A stretch of DNA of 64,000 bases, from NCBI GenBank assembly GCA_036490095.1, contig DASXEN010000068.1, positions 3,249-67,248 on the forward strand. The letters are read 5' to 3'. This document shows, piece by piece, positions 21,787 through 32,043 of the stretch. The position numbers were made by a program, and so were the translations under genes. Positions within the stretch are counted from its first letter, which is position 1, and every line of letters begins with the position of its first letter. The notes below the pieces were generated by a model. The model ran no database searches. It saw only the letters and a list, made by a program, of their open reading frames with translations, and had not been told where the DNA came from. This DNA comes from Caulobacteraceae bacterium. Its GTDB lineage: Bacteria > Pseudomonadota > Alphaproteobacteria > Caulobacterales > Caulobacteraceae.

Positions 21787-23037
21787 TTGTCCCGCATCGT
21801 GATGAAATTCGGCGGCACCTCCGTCGCCGACCTGGAGCGCATTCGCCGTGTCGCCCAGCTGGTGGCGGCCGAGGCGCGCGCCGGCCATGAGGTGGCGGTG
21901 GTGTGCTCGGCGATGGCCGGGCGGACCAACGAGCTGGTGGCCTGGACCGATGGCGCCGGCCCCGCCGCGCCGGGCCTTTCGCCCTCGGATGAGGAGTACG
22001 ACGTGGTGGTGGCCTCCGGCGAGCAGGTCTCGGCCGGGCTGCTGGCGATGACCCTGCGCAACCTCGGCCTGGAGGCCCGCTCCTGGCTGGGCTGGCAGGT
22101 GCCGATCATCACCGACGACGCCCACGGCAAGGCCCGCATCGACGAGGTTCCGCCGGAGAAGCTGGAGGCCTCGCTGGCGGCCGGCGAGATCCCCATTGTG
22201 GCCGGCTTCCAGGGCGTCGACCGGGCCGGCCGGCTCGCGACGCTCGGCCGCGGCGCCGGCGACCTCTCGGCGGTGGCGGTGGCGGCGGCGCTGAAGGCCG
22301 ACCGCTGCGACATCTACACCGACGTCGACGGCGTCTACACCACCGACCCGCGCATCGAGGAGCGCGCCCGGCGGTTGCCGCGGATCTCCTACGAGGAGAT
22401 GCTGGAGATGGCGTCGCTGGGCGCGCGGGTGCTGCAGAGCCGCTCGGTGGAGCTGGCCATGGCCCAACGGGTGCCGCTGCGGGTGCTCTCCAGCTTCGCC
22501 GAGCCCGGAACCACCGACAACGTCGGCACCATCGTCTGCGACGAGGAGGAGATCGTGGAAAAGCGGATCGTGAGCGGCGTCGCCTACAGCCGCGACGAGG
22601 CCAAGATCAGCCTCTTCGGCCTGCCCGACCATCCGGGCGTCGCCTCGGAGATCTTCGGGCGGTTGGCTGAGGCCAACGTCAACGTCGACATGATCGTGCA
22701 GAGCCACTCGCGCCAGCCCGGCTCGGCCAACATGGAGTTCACGGTCGGCAAGCGCGACGCCGCCCGGGCGCTGGAGCTGGTGCTGTCGGCCAAGGGCGAG
22801 ATCGGCCTGGAGGACGCGGAGCTCGACGACAACGTCGCCAAGGTGTCGGTGATCGGCGTCGGCATGCGCTCCAACACCGGCGTCGCCCAGACCATGTTCA
22901 AGGCGCTGGCCGAGAAGGGCGTCAACATCCAGGTGATCTCCACCTCGGAGATCAAGATCAGCGTGCTGATCGACGCCGCCTACACCGAACTGGCGGTGCG
23001 GGCGTTGCATGCGGCCTACGGGCTCGACAAGGCGTAG
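21787..23037 (+). CDS. lysC: Aspartate kinase
   Basis: 416 aa with N-terminus (M)SRIVMKFGGTSVA and C-terminal ACT domains. Apparent TTG start. Confidence 0.95.
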   Translation: MSRIVMKFGGTSVADLERIRRVAQLVAAEARAGHEVAVVCSAMAGRTNELVAWTDGAGPAAPGLSPSDEEYDVVVASGEQVSAGLLAMTLRNLGLEARSWLGWQVPIITDDAHGKARIDEVPPEKLEASLAAGEIPIVAGFQGVDRAGRLATLGRGAGDLSAVAVAAALKADRCDIYTDVDGVYTTDPRIEERARRLPRISYEEMLEMASLGARVLQSRSVELAMAQRVPLRVLSSFAEPGTTDNVGTIVCDEEEIVEKRIVSGVAYSRDEAKISLFGLPDHPGVASEIFGRLAEANVNVDMIVQSHSRQPGSANMEFTVGKRDAARALELVLSAKGEIGLEDAELDDNVAKVSVIGVGMRSNTGVAQTMFKALAEKGVNIQVISTSEIKISVLIDAAYTELAVRALHAAYGLDKA

Positions 23038-23065
23038 GGTCGCGACCTCGTCGAGGAGGCGGAGC

Positions 23066-23470
23066 ATGGCCACGGTCGAAGGCGGCTGTTTTTGCGGCGC
23101 AGTGCGCTACCGGATCGGGGCGGCGCCGAAGGCGAGCCTCGTCTGCCATTGCCGCTCGTGCCGGCGGGCCGCGGCCGCGCCGGCCGTGCCGTGGATCACG
23201 GTCGCCGCCGACGCCTTCGCGCTGAGCGCCGGCGCGCTGCGCTTCCACCGCTCCTCGCCGCCGGTGCGCCGCGGCTTCTGCAAGGCCTGCGGCACGCCGT
23301 TGACCTACCAGCACGACGGCCGCCCCGCCGACATCGACGTCACCACCGCCTCGCTCGACGATCCCGAAGCCTTCCCGCCCGCCTACCACGTGCAACTGGG
23401 CGACGAGCTCACCTGGGTCCGCCTCGGCGACAGCCTGCCCGCCTACCGCGGCTGGAAGAGCGAAGGTTGA
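23066..23470 (+). CDS. GFA (glutathione-dependent formaldehyde-activating / CENP-V) family protein
   Basis: Start at MATVEGGCFCGAVRY. Cys motifs CHCRSCR and FCKACGT are present. Confidence 0.85.
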   Translation: MATVEGGCFCGAVRYRIGAAPKASLVCHCRSCRRAAAAPAVPWITVAADAFALSAGALRFHRSSPPVRRGFCKACGTPLTYQHDGRPADIDVTTASLDDPEAFPPAYHVQLGDELTWVRLGDSLPAYRGWKSEG

Positions 23471-23475
23471 GCGCC

Positions 23476-24093
23476 ATGGCCGCCGCCAGGTCCCCGGCCG
23501 TCGGCAACCTCCGGCAGCGGGCGCTGGCGGCGGCGCACCGGATGCTGGAGACGCGCGGCGAGGCGGGGCTGACGCTGCGCGCCATCGCCGCGGAGCTGAG
23601 CTCCGGCGCCGGCGGCCTCTACCACCATTTCGCCAACAAGGACGCGCTGCTGGCCGAGCTGGCCGTCGACGGCTTCGCCGAGCTCGGCCGCTGGATGGCC
23701 ACGGCCGCCGCCGCGCCGGCGCCCGGACGCACGCCGTTCAACGCCTGCGCCCACGCCTACCTCGGCTTCACTCGCCACCGGCCGGCGCTCTACGCCATCA
23801 TGTACAACGAGCGGCTGCTGGCCAGCCACGCGGGCGTCCGCCGGGCCGAGGCCGAGGCGTTCGAGGTGTTCCGGCGCTCGCTGGATCGCGGCTGCGTCGT
23901 CGAGGCGAAGGCCGACGACGTGGCGCTGGCCTTCTGGGCGCTTGGCCGCGGCGTCGCCGCCATCTCCTGCCGCGCCGACAGCGACCGGCCGGGCGCGGCC
24001 CGGGATATCGTGGTGCGGGCGATGCGCGGCCTGGAGGCGCTCGCCGGCCACCCGCTGGCGCTGATCGGCCCGATCGCCGACGACGCGGCCTGA
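23476..24093 (+). CDS. TetR/AcrR family transcriptional regulator
   Basis: HTH region LTLRAIAAELSSGAGGLYHHFANKDALLAEL. ATG at 23476. Confidence 0.85.
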   Translation: MAAARSPAVGNLRQRALAAAHRMLETRGEAGLTLRAIAAELSSGAGGLYHHFANKDALLAELAVDGFAELGRWMATAAAAPAPGRTPFNACAHAYLGFTRHRPALYAIMYNERLLASHAGVRRAEAEAFEVFRRSLDRGCVVEAKADDVALAFWALGRGVAAISCRADSDRPGAARDIVVRAMRGLEALAGHPLALIGPIADDAA

Positions 24094-24174
24094 CGCGCCT
24101 ATCGGAAGCGCGCTTGTGGAACGGCGTTCCAACCGCGCCAGATGCGGCCCCGCGCACCGCCGGGAGGGGCCGCC

Positions 24175-25212
24175 ATGCCGAGATTGACCGCTATCCTCGT
24201 CCTGCTGGGCCTGGCCGCCGCGCCGGGCCTCGCCGTCTCGGCGCCGGCCGCGCACGCCGGCGGTGACTACCTCTACGCCGGCAGCATCGACATCGGCGCG
24301 CCGGGGGCCTGGGACTACGCCAGCTTCGATGCGGCCAGCGGGCGGCTCTACATCGGCCACCGCGACAAGATCGCCGTCATCGATCCGGCGGCGCGCAAGG
24401 CTGTGGGCGAGGTCGGGCCGCTCGACGAGGCGCACGGCGCGGCGATCGACGCCGCCATCGGCCGCGGCTTCGCCACCAGCGGCGGCGACGGCCTGCTGAA
24501 GGAATTCGACCTGGCGAGCCTGAAGGTCGTCAAGGAGGTCCCGGTCGGCCGGGACGCCGACGGGGTGATCTTCGATCCCGGGACCGGTGCGGTGCTGGTG
24601 GCCGTCGGCGACGCCAAGCAGCTGGCGATCGTCGATGCCAGAACCGCCGCCGTCACCCACCAGGTCGAGCTGCCGGGCGCGCCGGAGTTCCTGGCCGCCG
24701 ACGGCCACGGCAAGGTCTTCGTCAACCTCGTGTCGACCAGCCAGATCGCCAAGGTCGACATCGCCGCCGGCAAGGTCGAGCAGGTGTGGCCGCTGACCGG
24801 CTGCACCCGTCCGCACGGCCTCGCCTACGACCATCGCACGCGCCGCCTCTTCGTCGGCTGCGCCAACGCCAGGCTGCTGGCCGTCGACCCGGCGAGCGGC
24901 CGCATCCTGGCGAGCCTGCCGGCCGGTCCGCAGAACGACGCGGTGGTGGTCGACGAACGGCGCGGCCGGGTGTTCTGCCCCAACGGCGACGGCACGCTGA
25001 CGGTGGTCGCCGAAGGGCCGGGTGACCACTACTCGGTGCTGCGCACCATCCCGACCTTCCTCGGCGCCCGCTCGATGGCGATCGATCCGCGCACCGGGAC
25101 GCTCTTCCTCACCTACGGCGCCATCTCGATCAAATCGACATTCCGCGATCCGAACGGAATCCGCTTCGGCTGGGACAGCGCCAAGGTCGCCGTCCTGACG
25201 CCCAACGACTAG
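24175..25212 (+). CDS. YncE-like beta-propeller repeat protein (secreted)
   Basis: Signal peptide MPRLTAILVLLGLAAAPGLAVSA, followed by repeated propeller-blade-like segments. Confidence 0.65.
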   Translation: MPRLTAILVLLGLAAAPGLAVSAPAAHAGGDYLYAGSIDIGAPGAWDYASFDAASGRLYIGHRDKIAVIDPAARKAVGEVGPLDEAHGAAIDAAIGRGFATSGGDGLLKEFDLASLKVVKEVPVGRDADGVIFDPGTGAVLVAVGDAKQLAIVDARTAAVTHQVELPGAPEFLAADGHGKVFVNLVSTSQIAKVDIAAGKVEQVWPLTGCTRPHGLAYDHRTRRLFVGCANARLLAVDPASGRILASLPAGPQNDAVVVDERRGRVFCPNGDGTLTVVAEGPGDHYSVLRTIPTFLGARSMAIDPRTGTLFLTYGAISIKSTFRDPNGIRFGWDSAKVAVLTPND

Positions 25213-25224
25213 GGGGCGGGCGCA

Positions 25225-25950
25225 ATGTCCGCGCGCCGCCTCCTCACGGCCCTGGCGCTCGCGGCGGCGCCGCTCGGCGCCCGCGCCGGCCCGCCCTACG
25301 TTACCGACGACGCGCAGCCGACCGACGCCGGCCACTGGGAGGTCTACGGCTTCGCCACCGCGACGCAGACGCCGGGCGACCTTGCCGGCGAGGCCGGCCT
25401 CGACATCAACTACGGCGCGGCCAGGAACCTGCAGCTGACCGCCGTGATCCCGGCGTCGTTCGAGAACGGCGACCGTTTCGGCGCCGGCGATATCGAGCTG
25501 GCGGCCAAGTACAAGCTCCTCGCCCAGTCGCCCGGAAGCTGGCTGCCCGACCTCGCCATCTTCCCGCGCGTCTTTCTCGACACCGGAACGAGGTTCACGC
25601 CGGCGCGGCCGGGCCTGTTCCTGCCGGTCTGGGCGCAGAAGGACTTCGGGCCGTGGTCGGTGTTCGGCGGCGGCGGCTGGCAGTTCAACCCGGGTCGGGG
25701 CGAGCGCAATTTCTGGCAGAGCGGCGTGGCGGTGACCCGCAGCTTCGGCGAGCGCGCCTCGCTGGGCGTCGAGGTGTTCCACCAGACCGCGCCGGACTTC
25801 GCCTCCCGCGATTTCACCGGCGTCAACGTCGGCGCGACCTACAGGCTGAGCCGCCACTGGACGCTGATGGCCTCGGGCGGGCCCGGCGTCGAGCACGCCC
25901 GCGAGGCCGGCCAGTTCGACTTCTACGCCGCCCTGCTGGCGACCTACTGA
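25225..25950 (+). CDS. Outer-membrane beta-barrel 'transporter' family protein (MetA-pathway-like)
   Basis: Signal peptide, PYVTDDA motif, alternating beta-strand pattern and a C-terminal aromatic residue (ATY). Confidence 0.55.
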   Translation: MSARRLLTALALAAAPLGARAGPPYVTDDAQPTDAGHWEVYGFATATQTPGDLAGEAGLDINYGAARNLQLTAVIPASFENGDRFGAGDIELAAKYKLLAQSPGSWLPDLAIFPRVFLDTGTRFTPARPGLFLPVWAQKDFGPWSVFGGGGWQFNPGRGERNFWQSGVAVTRSFGERASLGVEVFHQTAPDFASRDFTGVNVGATYRLSRHWTLMASGGPGVEHAREAGQFDFYAALLATY

Positions 25951-25961
25951 GGGAGGCGGCG

Positions 25962-26756
25962 ATGACCCGCGACGCGAGCGATCCCGGCCGCCAGCTGCTC
26001 AGCAAGGTCCCCGAGGCGACGCTGGTGTTCTGGATCGTCAAGATCTGCGCCACCACCGTCGGCGAGACCGGGGGCGACGCGCTGTCGATGACGCTCAACC
26101 TCGGCTACGCGGTCAGCACGCTGATCTTCCTCGGCTTCTTCGTCTTCGCCCTGATCGCCCAGCTGGCCGCCACCCGCTACCATCCGTGGATCTACTGGCT
26201 GGTGGTGGTGGCGACGACCACCGTCGGCACCACCACCTCGGACTTCCTCGATCGCAGCGCCGGGCTCGGCTACGTCAAGAGCACCGCCGTCGAGCTGGCG
26301 GCGGTGATCGGCATGCTGGTGATCTGGCGCTTCGCCACAGGCCGGATCGCCGTCGACCACATCGTCGACCGCAAGAACGAGGCCTTCTACTGGCTCACCA
26401 TCCTGATCTCGAACACGCTGGGCACGGCGCTGGGCGACTTCACCGCCGACCAGGACGGTGGCGGCCTGGGGCTGGGGTTCGAGACCGGCGCGCTGATCTT
26501 CCTCGGCCTCCTGGGCCTCGTCGCCGGCGCCCGCACCTTCACCCGCACGGCGCCGGCGATCCTGTTCTGGGCCGCCTACGTGCTGACCCGCCCGCTCGGC
26601 GCGACGCTCGGCGACACCCTGACCAAGCCGCTGGCCCAGGGCGGCCTCAACCTCGACCGCTTCGCCGCCACTGGCGCGATCGCCGTGGCGATGGTGCTGA
26701 TCCTGGTGGCGAGCCACTGGCGGCGGCGGACCAGGCCGGGCGAGGTGTTGCCCTAA
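25962..26756 (+). CDS. Integral membrane protein (COG4705-like)
   Basis: Start at MTRDASDP. Two similar halves are each rich in TM helices and contain the GETGGDALS / LGTALGDFTAD motifs. Confidence 0.6.
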   Translation: MTRDASDPGRQLLSKVPEATLVFWIVKICATTVGETGGDALSMTLNLGYAVSTLIFLGFFVFALIAQLAATRYHPWIYWLVVVATTTVGTTTSDFLDRSAGLGYVKSTAVELAAVIGMLVIWRFATGRIAVDHIVDRKNEAFYWLTILISNTLGTALGDFTADQDGGGLGLGFETGALIFLGLLGLVAGARTFTRTAPAILFWAAYVLTRPLGATLGDTLTKPLAQGGLNLDRFAATGAIAVAMVLILVASHWRRRTRPGEVLP

Positions 26757-28183
26757 GCGGCCGCCGCGCGCACCGCCGTGCGCGAGAGGCTGACAGCCGC
26801 GGCCAGCGCCGCGCAACCGGCGGCGACCCACAGGCCGATCACCTCGCCGGCGTCGTGGAACAGGTGCAGGAAGATCGCCGTCGCCACCGCGCCGAAGGTC
26901 TGGCCGGTCAGCCGCGCGGTGCCCAGCATGCCGCCGGCCGCGCCGGCCCGCTCGCGCGGCGCCGAGGTCAGCATCATGCGGTTGTTGGGCGACTGGAAGA
27001 GGCCGAAGCCGACGCCGCAGACCGCCATCCGCCAGCCGATGTCGAACGCGCCGGGCGCGCCGGGCAGCATCGCCAGGCCCACGAGGCCGGCGCAGAAGAT
27101 GGCGAGGCCGACCGCGCAGAGGATGGCCGTCGACATCCGGTCGGCCAGCCAGCCGGCCAGCGGCGCTGTGACGCCCACGGCGGCCGGCCAGGGCGTCAGC
27201 AGCAGCCCGGTCTCCACCTGGTCGAAGTGCAGGTGGTTCTCGAAGTGGAACGGCAGGGCGACGAAGGCCAGCATCTGCGCGGCGAACGAGGCGATCGAGG
27301 TCAGCACCGAGAGGGCGAACAGCCGGTCGCGCAGCAGGTCGACCGGCACCAGCGGCCGCGGGCGCGGCAGCTCGCGCAGCACCAGCAAGGCCCCGATCAC
27401 CAGCCCGCCGATGGTCTCCAGCGCGCCCAGCAGCCGCGCCCGGGTGCGGGTCAGGACGTCGATACCGCTGATCACCAGGCCGAAGGTGAAGGCGTTCAGC
27501 ACCGCCGAGGTCCAGTCGAAGCGCCGCTCTGAGAGCTGGTTGTCCGGCAGGGTGCGCCAGGCGAGCGCCAGCGCCACGAGGCCGACCGGGATGTTGACCC
27601 CGAACAGCCACTGCCACGGCCCCAGCGCCAGGATGCCCGAGGCCACCGTCGGCCCCACCGCCGAGGAGGCCGAGACCACCATGGCGTTGAAGCCGATCCC
27701 CTGGCCGAGCCTGGCCTGCGGATAGATGTGGCGCACCAGCGCGCCGTTGACGCTCATCACCCCGGCCGCGCCCAGCCCCTGCGCCACGCGCGCCGCCGTC
27801 AGCATGGCCATGGTGTGCGACAGCGCGCAGGTCAGCGAGGCGAGGGTGAAGAGGATCAGGCCGCCGCGGTAGACGCGCTTGAACCCGACGATCTCTCCCA
27901 GCGAGGCCAGCGGCAGCAGCGAGATGACGATCGCCAGCTGGTAGGCGTTGACGATCCAGATCGCGTCCGACGGCGCGGCGCCGAAGTCGTGGGCGATGGT
28001 CGGCAGCGCCACGTTGGCGATGGCGCTGTCGAGCACCGTCATGGCGATGGCCACCCAGACGGCGATCGCCGCGTACCAGAGACGCGGCGACGGCAGGCCG
28101 TCGGCCTCCGGCGGCGCCACGGGCGGCAGGCTCGCGGCATGGTCGGTGGCGGCGAGGGGCGCCGGGCGGGACATGGGCGTCAT
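26753..28183 (-). CDS. MFS transporter, DHA2 (EmrB/QacA, 14-TM) family
   Basis: Real protein starts at MTPMSRPAP. DSAIANVALPTIAHDFG is a typical DHA2 N-terminal motif. The 936-aa ORF in the track is an upstream shadow extension. Confidence 0.88.
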   Translation of the reverse strand: MTPMSRPAPLAATDHAASLPPVAPPEADGLPSPRLWYAAIAVWVAIAMTVLDSAIANVALPTIAHDFGAAPSDAIWIVNAYQLAIVISLLPLASLGEIVGFKRVYRGGLILFTLASLTCALSHTMAMLTAARVAQGLGAAGVMSVNGALVRHIYPQARLGQGIGFNAMVVSASSAVGPTVASGILALGPWQWLFGVNIPVGLVALALAWRTLPDNQLSERRFDWTSAVLNAFTFGLVISGIDVLTRTRARLLGALETIGGLVIGALLVLRELPRPRPLVPVDLLRDRLFALSVLTSIASFAAQMLAFVALPFHFENHLHFDQVETGLLLTPWPAAVGVTAPLAGWLADRMSTAILCAVGLAIFCAGLVGLAMLPGAPGAFDIGWRMAVCGVGFGLFQSPNNRMMLTSAPRERAGAAGGMLGTARLTGQTFGAVATAIFLHLFHDAGEVIGLWVAAGCAALAAAVSLSRTAVRAAAA

Positions 28184-28242
28184 GGACCGTGGAACGGGCC
28201 CGCGGTCAACGCCTTGCGCGGCGGCGCCGGGTCGGCGGCGCC

Positions 28243-29508
28243 TCAGTTCCTGGCGCTCGTCTTCTTCGTCCCCGCCTCGGCGAGCGCGGTCTGGCCGGGG
28301 CGGAAGCCGCCCAGCTGCGCGGCGAGGTTGTTGGCGTCCAGCGTCAGCCGCTTCAGCCGGCCGCCGCCCATCTTGTTGACCGCCAGGAAGACGCCGATCC
28401 GCCGCGCCGGGTCGAGCACGATGTAGGTCATGAAGCCGTAGCCGCCGCCGGTCTTCTCGATCAGCCGCGGGTGGCCGCCGTCGGGATCGAGCTGGATCCA
28501 GGCGAGGCCGATGCCGCTGGCGGGGCCGGCGACGTCGATGCCCTCGGCGCTGGCCAGGGTGCTGCGCGGCACGTAGATCGCCTGGCTGATCTTGCGCGCC
28601 GGGTCGGGCAGGCCGGCCGCCATCTGGCTCTGCATCCACAGCGCCATGTCGGCGCCGGTCGAGTAGACGCCGCCGCTGGCCGCCTGGAACGACTGGTCGT
28701 TGCACGGCGGCGGCGAGTAGCCGGGATCGCCGGCCATCATCCGCGCGCACTGTTCGGGGGTCGGGTCGGCGCTGGTGTCGCGCATGCCCAGCGGCTCGGT
28801 GATCCAGGCCTTCAGCGCGTCGTCGTAGCTGGACCCGGCCGCGTCGGCGAGGGCGTCGCCCAGCAGGTCGAAGCCGACGTTGGAATAGTGGGCGACCGGT
28901 TGCGGCGGCAGCTTCGCGCCGCGGGCCGCGATCCAGGCCCAGCGCTCCGCCAAGGCCTGGCCGGCCGCCGGCGGGTCGACCGAGACCGAGTAGGGCGGAT
29001 TGCGCGGCAGCCCGGCGGTGTGGGTGGCGAGCTCCACCAGGGTGATCGGCGTCGCGACGTGCGCCCTCGGCGCCCAGCCGGGCGGCGCGTGCAGGGTCAG
29101 GGGATCGGTCAGCGCCACGCGATGGGTCGCCGCCAGCTTGGCCAGCAGCTGCGAGGTCAGCAGCTTGGAGATCGAGTCGAGGCGCACCAGGGTTGCGCCG
29201 TCGGGCGTGCGCGGATCGCCGGGTCCCATGTGGCCGTAGCCCTGGATCACCGAGTCGTCGCCGCGGACCACCGCCATCACCATGCCGCCGGCGGCGCTGT
29301 CGGCGAACAGCGTCCCCATGCCGCCGGCCGCCTCGCGGGCGAGGTCGGAGGGGTGCGGCGCCGGCCTGGGGCCCTGCGTCGTCGCCTGCGTGCAGGCGCT
29401 CATGGCGATGGCCAGGGCCACCGTCGCCAACCGCCACCTTCTTCGGCGCCGTATCGCCAAACCGCCTAACCGACTCAACGCGAACATCCCAGCCAGGAGC
29501 ACGCTCAT
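28243..29508 (-). CDS. Serine hydrolase (class C beta-lactamase / D-Ala-D-Ala carboxypeptidase-like), probable lipoprotein
   Basis: SxxK motif (DSISKLL). Lipobox-like LAIAMSAC near the N-terminus. Confidence 0.82.
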   Translation of the reverse strand: MSVLLAGMFALSRLGGLAIRRRRRWRLATVALAIAMSACTQATTQGPRPAPHPSDLAREAAGGMGTLFADSAAGGMVMAVVRGDDSVIQGYGHMGPGDPRTPDGATLVRLDSISKLLTSQLLAKLAATHRVALTDPLTLHAPPGWAPRAHVATPITLVELATHTAGLPRNPPYSVSVDPPAAGQALAERWAWIAARGAKLPPQPVAHYSNVGFDLLGDALADAAGSSYDDALKAWITEPLGMRDTSADPTPEQCARMMAGDPGYSPPPCNDQSFQAASGGVYSTGADMALWMQSQMAAGLPDPARKISQAIYVPRSTLASAEGIDVAGPASGIGLAWIQLDPDGGHPRLIEKTGGGYGFMTYIVLDPARRIGVFLAVNKMGGGRLKRLTLDANNLAAQLGGFRPGQTALAEAGTKKTSARN

Positions 29509-29639
29509 AGCGCTGCGGCGCTTCGCGCCAAATCACAAGCGCTCCAACTGCGAAAGCGTTCAAAGGCCGCAGGAGGCGCCGGCCCGGGAAAACCTGCTAT
29601 AGCGCGCGGCCACAGAACGGGAGAAAGCGCCCCTACGTC

Positions 29640-31907
29640 ATGTCCCTTCCGCCCGGCGTCTCCATTCGCGGTCCGAGAAGCCTGCTTCGCCAGATCCGCG
29701 AAGCGATGGCGGGCGCGCGTCCGGCGCAGGCCAAGCTCGACCTGGTGGCGCGCACCATCGCCGTGTCGATGGTGGCCGAAGTCTGCTCTCTCTACCTGGC
29801 GCGCAAGTCCGGCGAGATGGAGCTGTTCGCCACCGAGGGTCTCGATCCGGGCGCCGTGCACGTCACCCGGATGAAACCGGGCGAGGGCCTGGTCGGCGAG
29901 ATCATGCGCATGGGCCGCCCGCTCAACCTCTCCGACGCCCCGGCGCATCCGGCCTTCTCCTACCGGCCGGAGACCGGCGAGGATCCGTTCCATTCCTTCC
30001 TCGGCGTGCCGCTGCTGCGCGGCGGCCGGGCGATCGGGGTGCTGGTGGTGCAGAACCGCACGGCCAGGGTCTACGGCGAGGACGAGGTCGAGGACCTGCA
30101 GATCATCGCCATGGTGCTGGCCGAGATGGTCTCGGCCGGCGAGCTGATCGACCCGACCCAGCTGAAGGACGTCGAGCTGGCCCCGCAGCGGCCGGAGCGC
30201 ATCCGCGGGGTGAAGCTCGCCGACGGGTTGGCGCTCGGCGTCGCGGTGCTGCACGAGGCGCCGGTGGCGGCCAGCAAGCTGCTCAGCGACGACCCGGCGG
30301 CGGAGGAGGCGCGGCTGCAGCGGGCGATCGCCGGCCTGCAGGCGCAGATCGACGAGATGCTGGAGGGCCACCAGACGGTGCTGGGCCCCTCCTACGACCT
30401 GCTCGAAACCTACAAGATGCTGGCCTACAGCCGCAGCTGGAACCACGCGCTGATCGAGGCGGTGCGCGATGGCGTCACCGCCGAGGTCGCGGTCGAACGG
30501 GTGCGCAACGAGCACCGCGCCAGCCTCGGCCAGGCCCGCGACCCCTACCTGCGCGAGCGGGTGCACGACCTGGAGGACCTCAACGACCGGCTGCTGCGCC
30601 ACCTCGCCGGCGACGGCGGCAAGGCGCGGCTGCTGCCTGACGACGCCATCCTGATCGCCCGCAGCCTCGGCCCCGCCGAGCTGCTGGAATACGACCGCAC
30701 CAAGCTGAAGGGCCTGCTGCTGGAGGAGGGCTCGCCGGCCAGCCATGCGGCGATCGTCGCCCGCGCCCTCGACATCCCCTGCGTCGGCCGCCTCGCGGCC
30801 CTGCGCGACAAGGTCAGCGAAGGCGACGCGGTGATCGTCGACGCCGAGAGCGGCGAGGCCTACCTGCGCCCGCGCCCGGACGTGGTCACGGCGCTGAAGA
30901 CCCGGCTCGGGGCCCGCGACCAGCGGCGCGCCGAGTTCGCGCGGCTGCGCGACACGCCGGCCTTCACCCGCGACGGCGCCAAGATCACCCTCCTGATGAA
31001 CGCCGGCCTGGCGGTCGACCTCGACTCGCTGGCCGAGACCGGGGCCGAGGGCATCGGCCTCTTCCGCACCGAGTTCCAGTTCATGGTCTCGGAGGACCTG
31101 CCGCGCTTCAACGCCCAGGCGGCGCTCTATTCGCGGGTGATGGAGGCGGCTGGCGACCGCCCGGTCACCTTCCGCACCCTCGACCTCGGCGGCGACAAGG
31201 TGCTGCCCTACCTGGAGGCCGAACGGGAGGACAACCCGGCCCTGGGCTGGCGGGCGATCCGCATGGGGCTCGACCGGCCGGCGCTGCTGCGCCTGCAGCT
31301 GCGGGCGCTGATCGCCGCCGGGCGCGGGCGGCCGCTGAAGATCATGTTCCCGCTGGTCTCCAGCGTCGACGAGTTCCGCGCCGCCCGGGCGCTGGTGGAC
31401 CACGAGGTGGTGTGGGCGCAGCGGCGCGGCCGCCCGCCGCCGTCGCGGCTCGACGTCGGGGCGATGATCGAGGCGCCGTCGCTGGTCTGGCACCTCGACG
31501 CCCTGCTGCCGATGACCGACTTCGTCTCGGTCGGCACCAACGACCTGATGCAGTACCTGTTCGCCGCCGACCGCGGCAACCCGCGCGTCGCCGACCGCTA
31601 CGACACGCTTTCGCCGCCGGCGCTGCGGGCGCTGAAACGCATCCAGGAGGCCTGCGTTGAAACCGGAACGCCGGTCTCGGTGTGCGGCGAGATGGCCGGC
31701 CGGCCGCTGGAGGCCTTCGCCCTGGTGGCGCTCGGCTTCGACGGATTGTCGATGCCGCCGGCCGGCATCGGCCCGGTCAAGCAGATGGTGCTGTCGTGCG
31801 ACCGCGAGGCCGCGCGGCGCGGCATGGAGGCGCTTTTGAAGTCGACGCAGGGCTCGGTGCGTGGCGAACTGGAGACATTGGCCCGGAAGCTTTATGTCGC
31901 AGTGTGA
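29640..31907 (+). CDS. ptsP: Phosphoenolpyruvate--protein phosphotransferase PtsP (EI-Ntr, GAF-containing)
   Basis: 755 aa with an N-terminal GAF domain and an EI PEP-utilising core (GSPASHAAIVARAL, GIGLFRTEF, SVGTNDLMQY). Confidence 0.95.
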   Translation: MSLPPGVSIRGPRSLLRQIREAMAGARPAQAKLDLVARTIAVSMVAEVCSLYLARKSGEMELFATEGLDPGAVHVTRMKPGEGLVGEIMRMGRPLNLSDAPAHPAFSYRPETGEDPFHSFLGVPLLRGGRAIGVLVVQNRTARVYGEDEVEDLQIIAMVLAEMVSAGELIDPTQLKDVELAPQRPERIRGVKLADGLALGVAVLHEAPVAASKLLSDDPAAEEARLQRAIAGLQAQIDEMLEGHQTVLGPSYDLLETYKMLAYSRSWNHALIEAVRDGVTAEVAVERVRNEHRASLGQARDPYLRERVHDLEDLNDRLLRHLAGDGGKARLLPDDAILIARSLGPAELLEYDRTKLKGLLLEEGSPASHAAIVARALDIPCVGRLAALRDKVSEGDAVIVDAESGEAYLRPRPDVVTALKTRLGARDQRRAEFARLRDTPAFTRDGAKITLLMNAGLAVDLDSLAETGAEGIGLFRTEFQFMVSEDLPRFNAQAALYSRVMEAAGDRPVTFRTLDLGGDKVLPYLEAEREDNPALGWRAIRMGLDRPALLRLQLRALIAAGRGRPLKIMFPLVSSVDEFRAARALVDHEVVWAQRRGRPPPSRLDVGAMIEAPSLVWHLDALLPMTDFVSVGTNDLMQYLFAADRGNPRVADRYDTLSPPALRALKRIQEACVETGTPVSVCGEMAGRPLEAFALVALGFDGLSMPPAGIGPVKQMVLSCDREAARRGMEALLKSTQGSVRGELETLARKLYVAV

Positions 31908-32043
31908 ATTTTAGGCTACAGCGTTGGAATCACGCGCCTTAGTTGATATCCACAAGGAAGCGTTAACCCGCGTCGCCATAGCGTTGCCTGACCAGCGCGC
32001 CGGCGGGCGCAGGCTAGGTTGCAGGTCGGGGACTTAAGGGCGC

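Noticed and set aside
26753-29563. 936-aa ORF suggesting a giant fusion protein.
   Set aside because: Only the C-terminal approximately 476 aa (from MTPMSRPAP, 28183) is a real MFS transporter. The N-terminal part is a shadow frame running through the genuine serine-hydrolase gene (28243-29508), which is in another frame.
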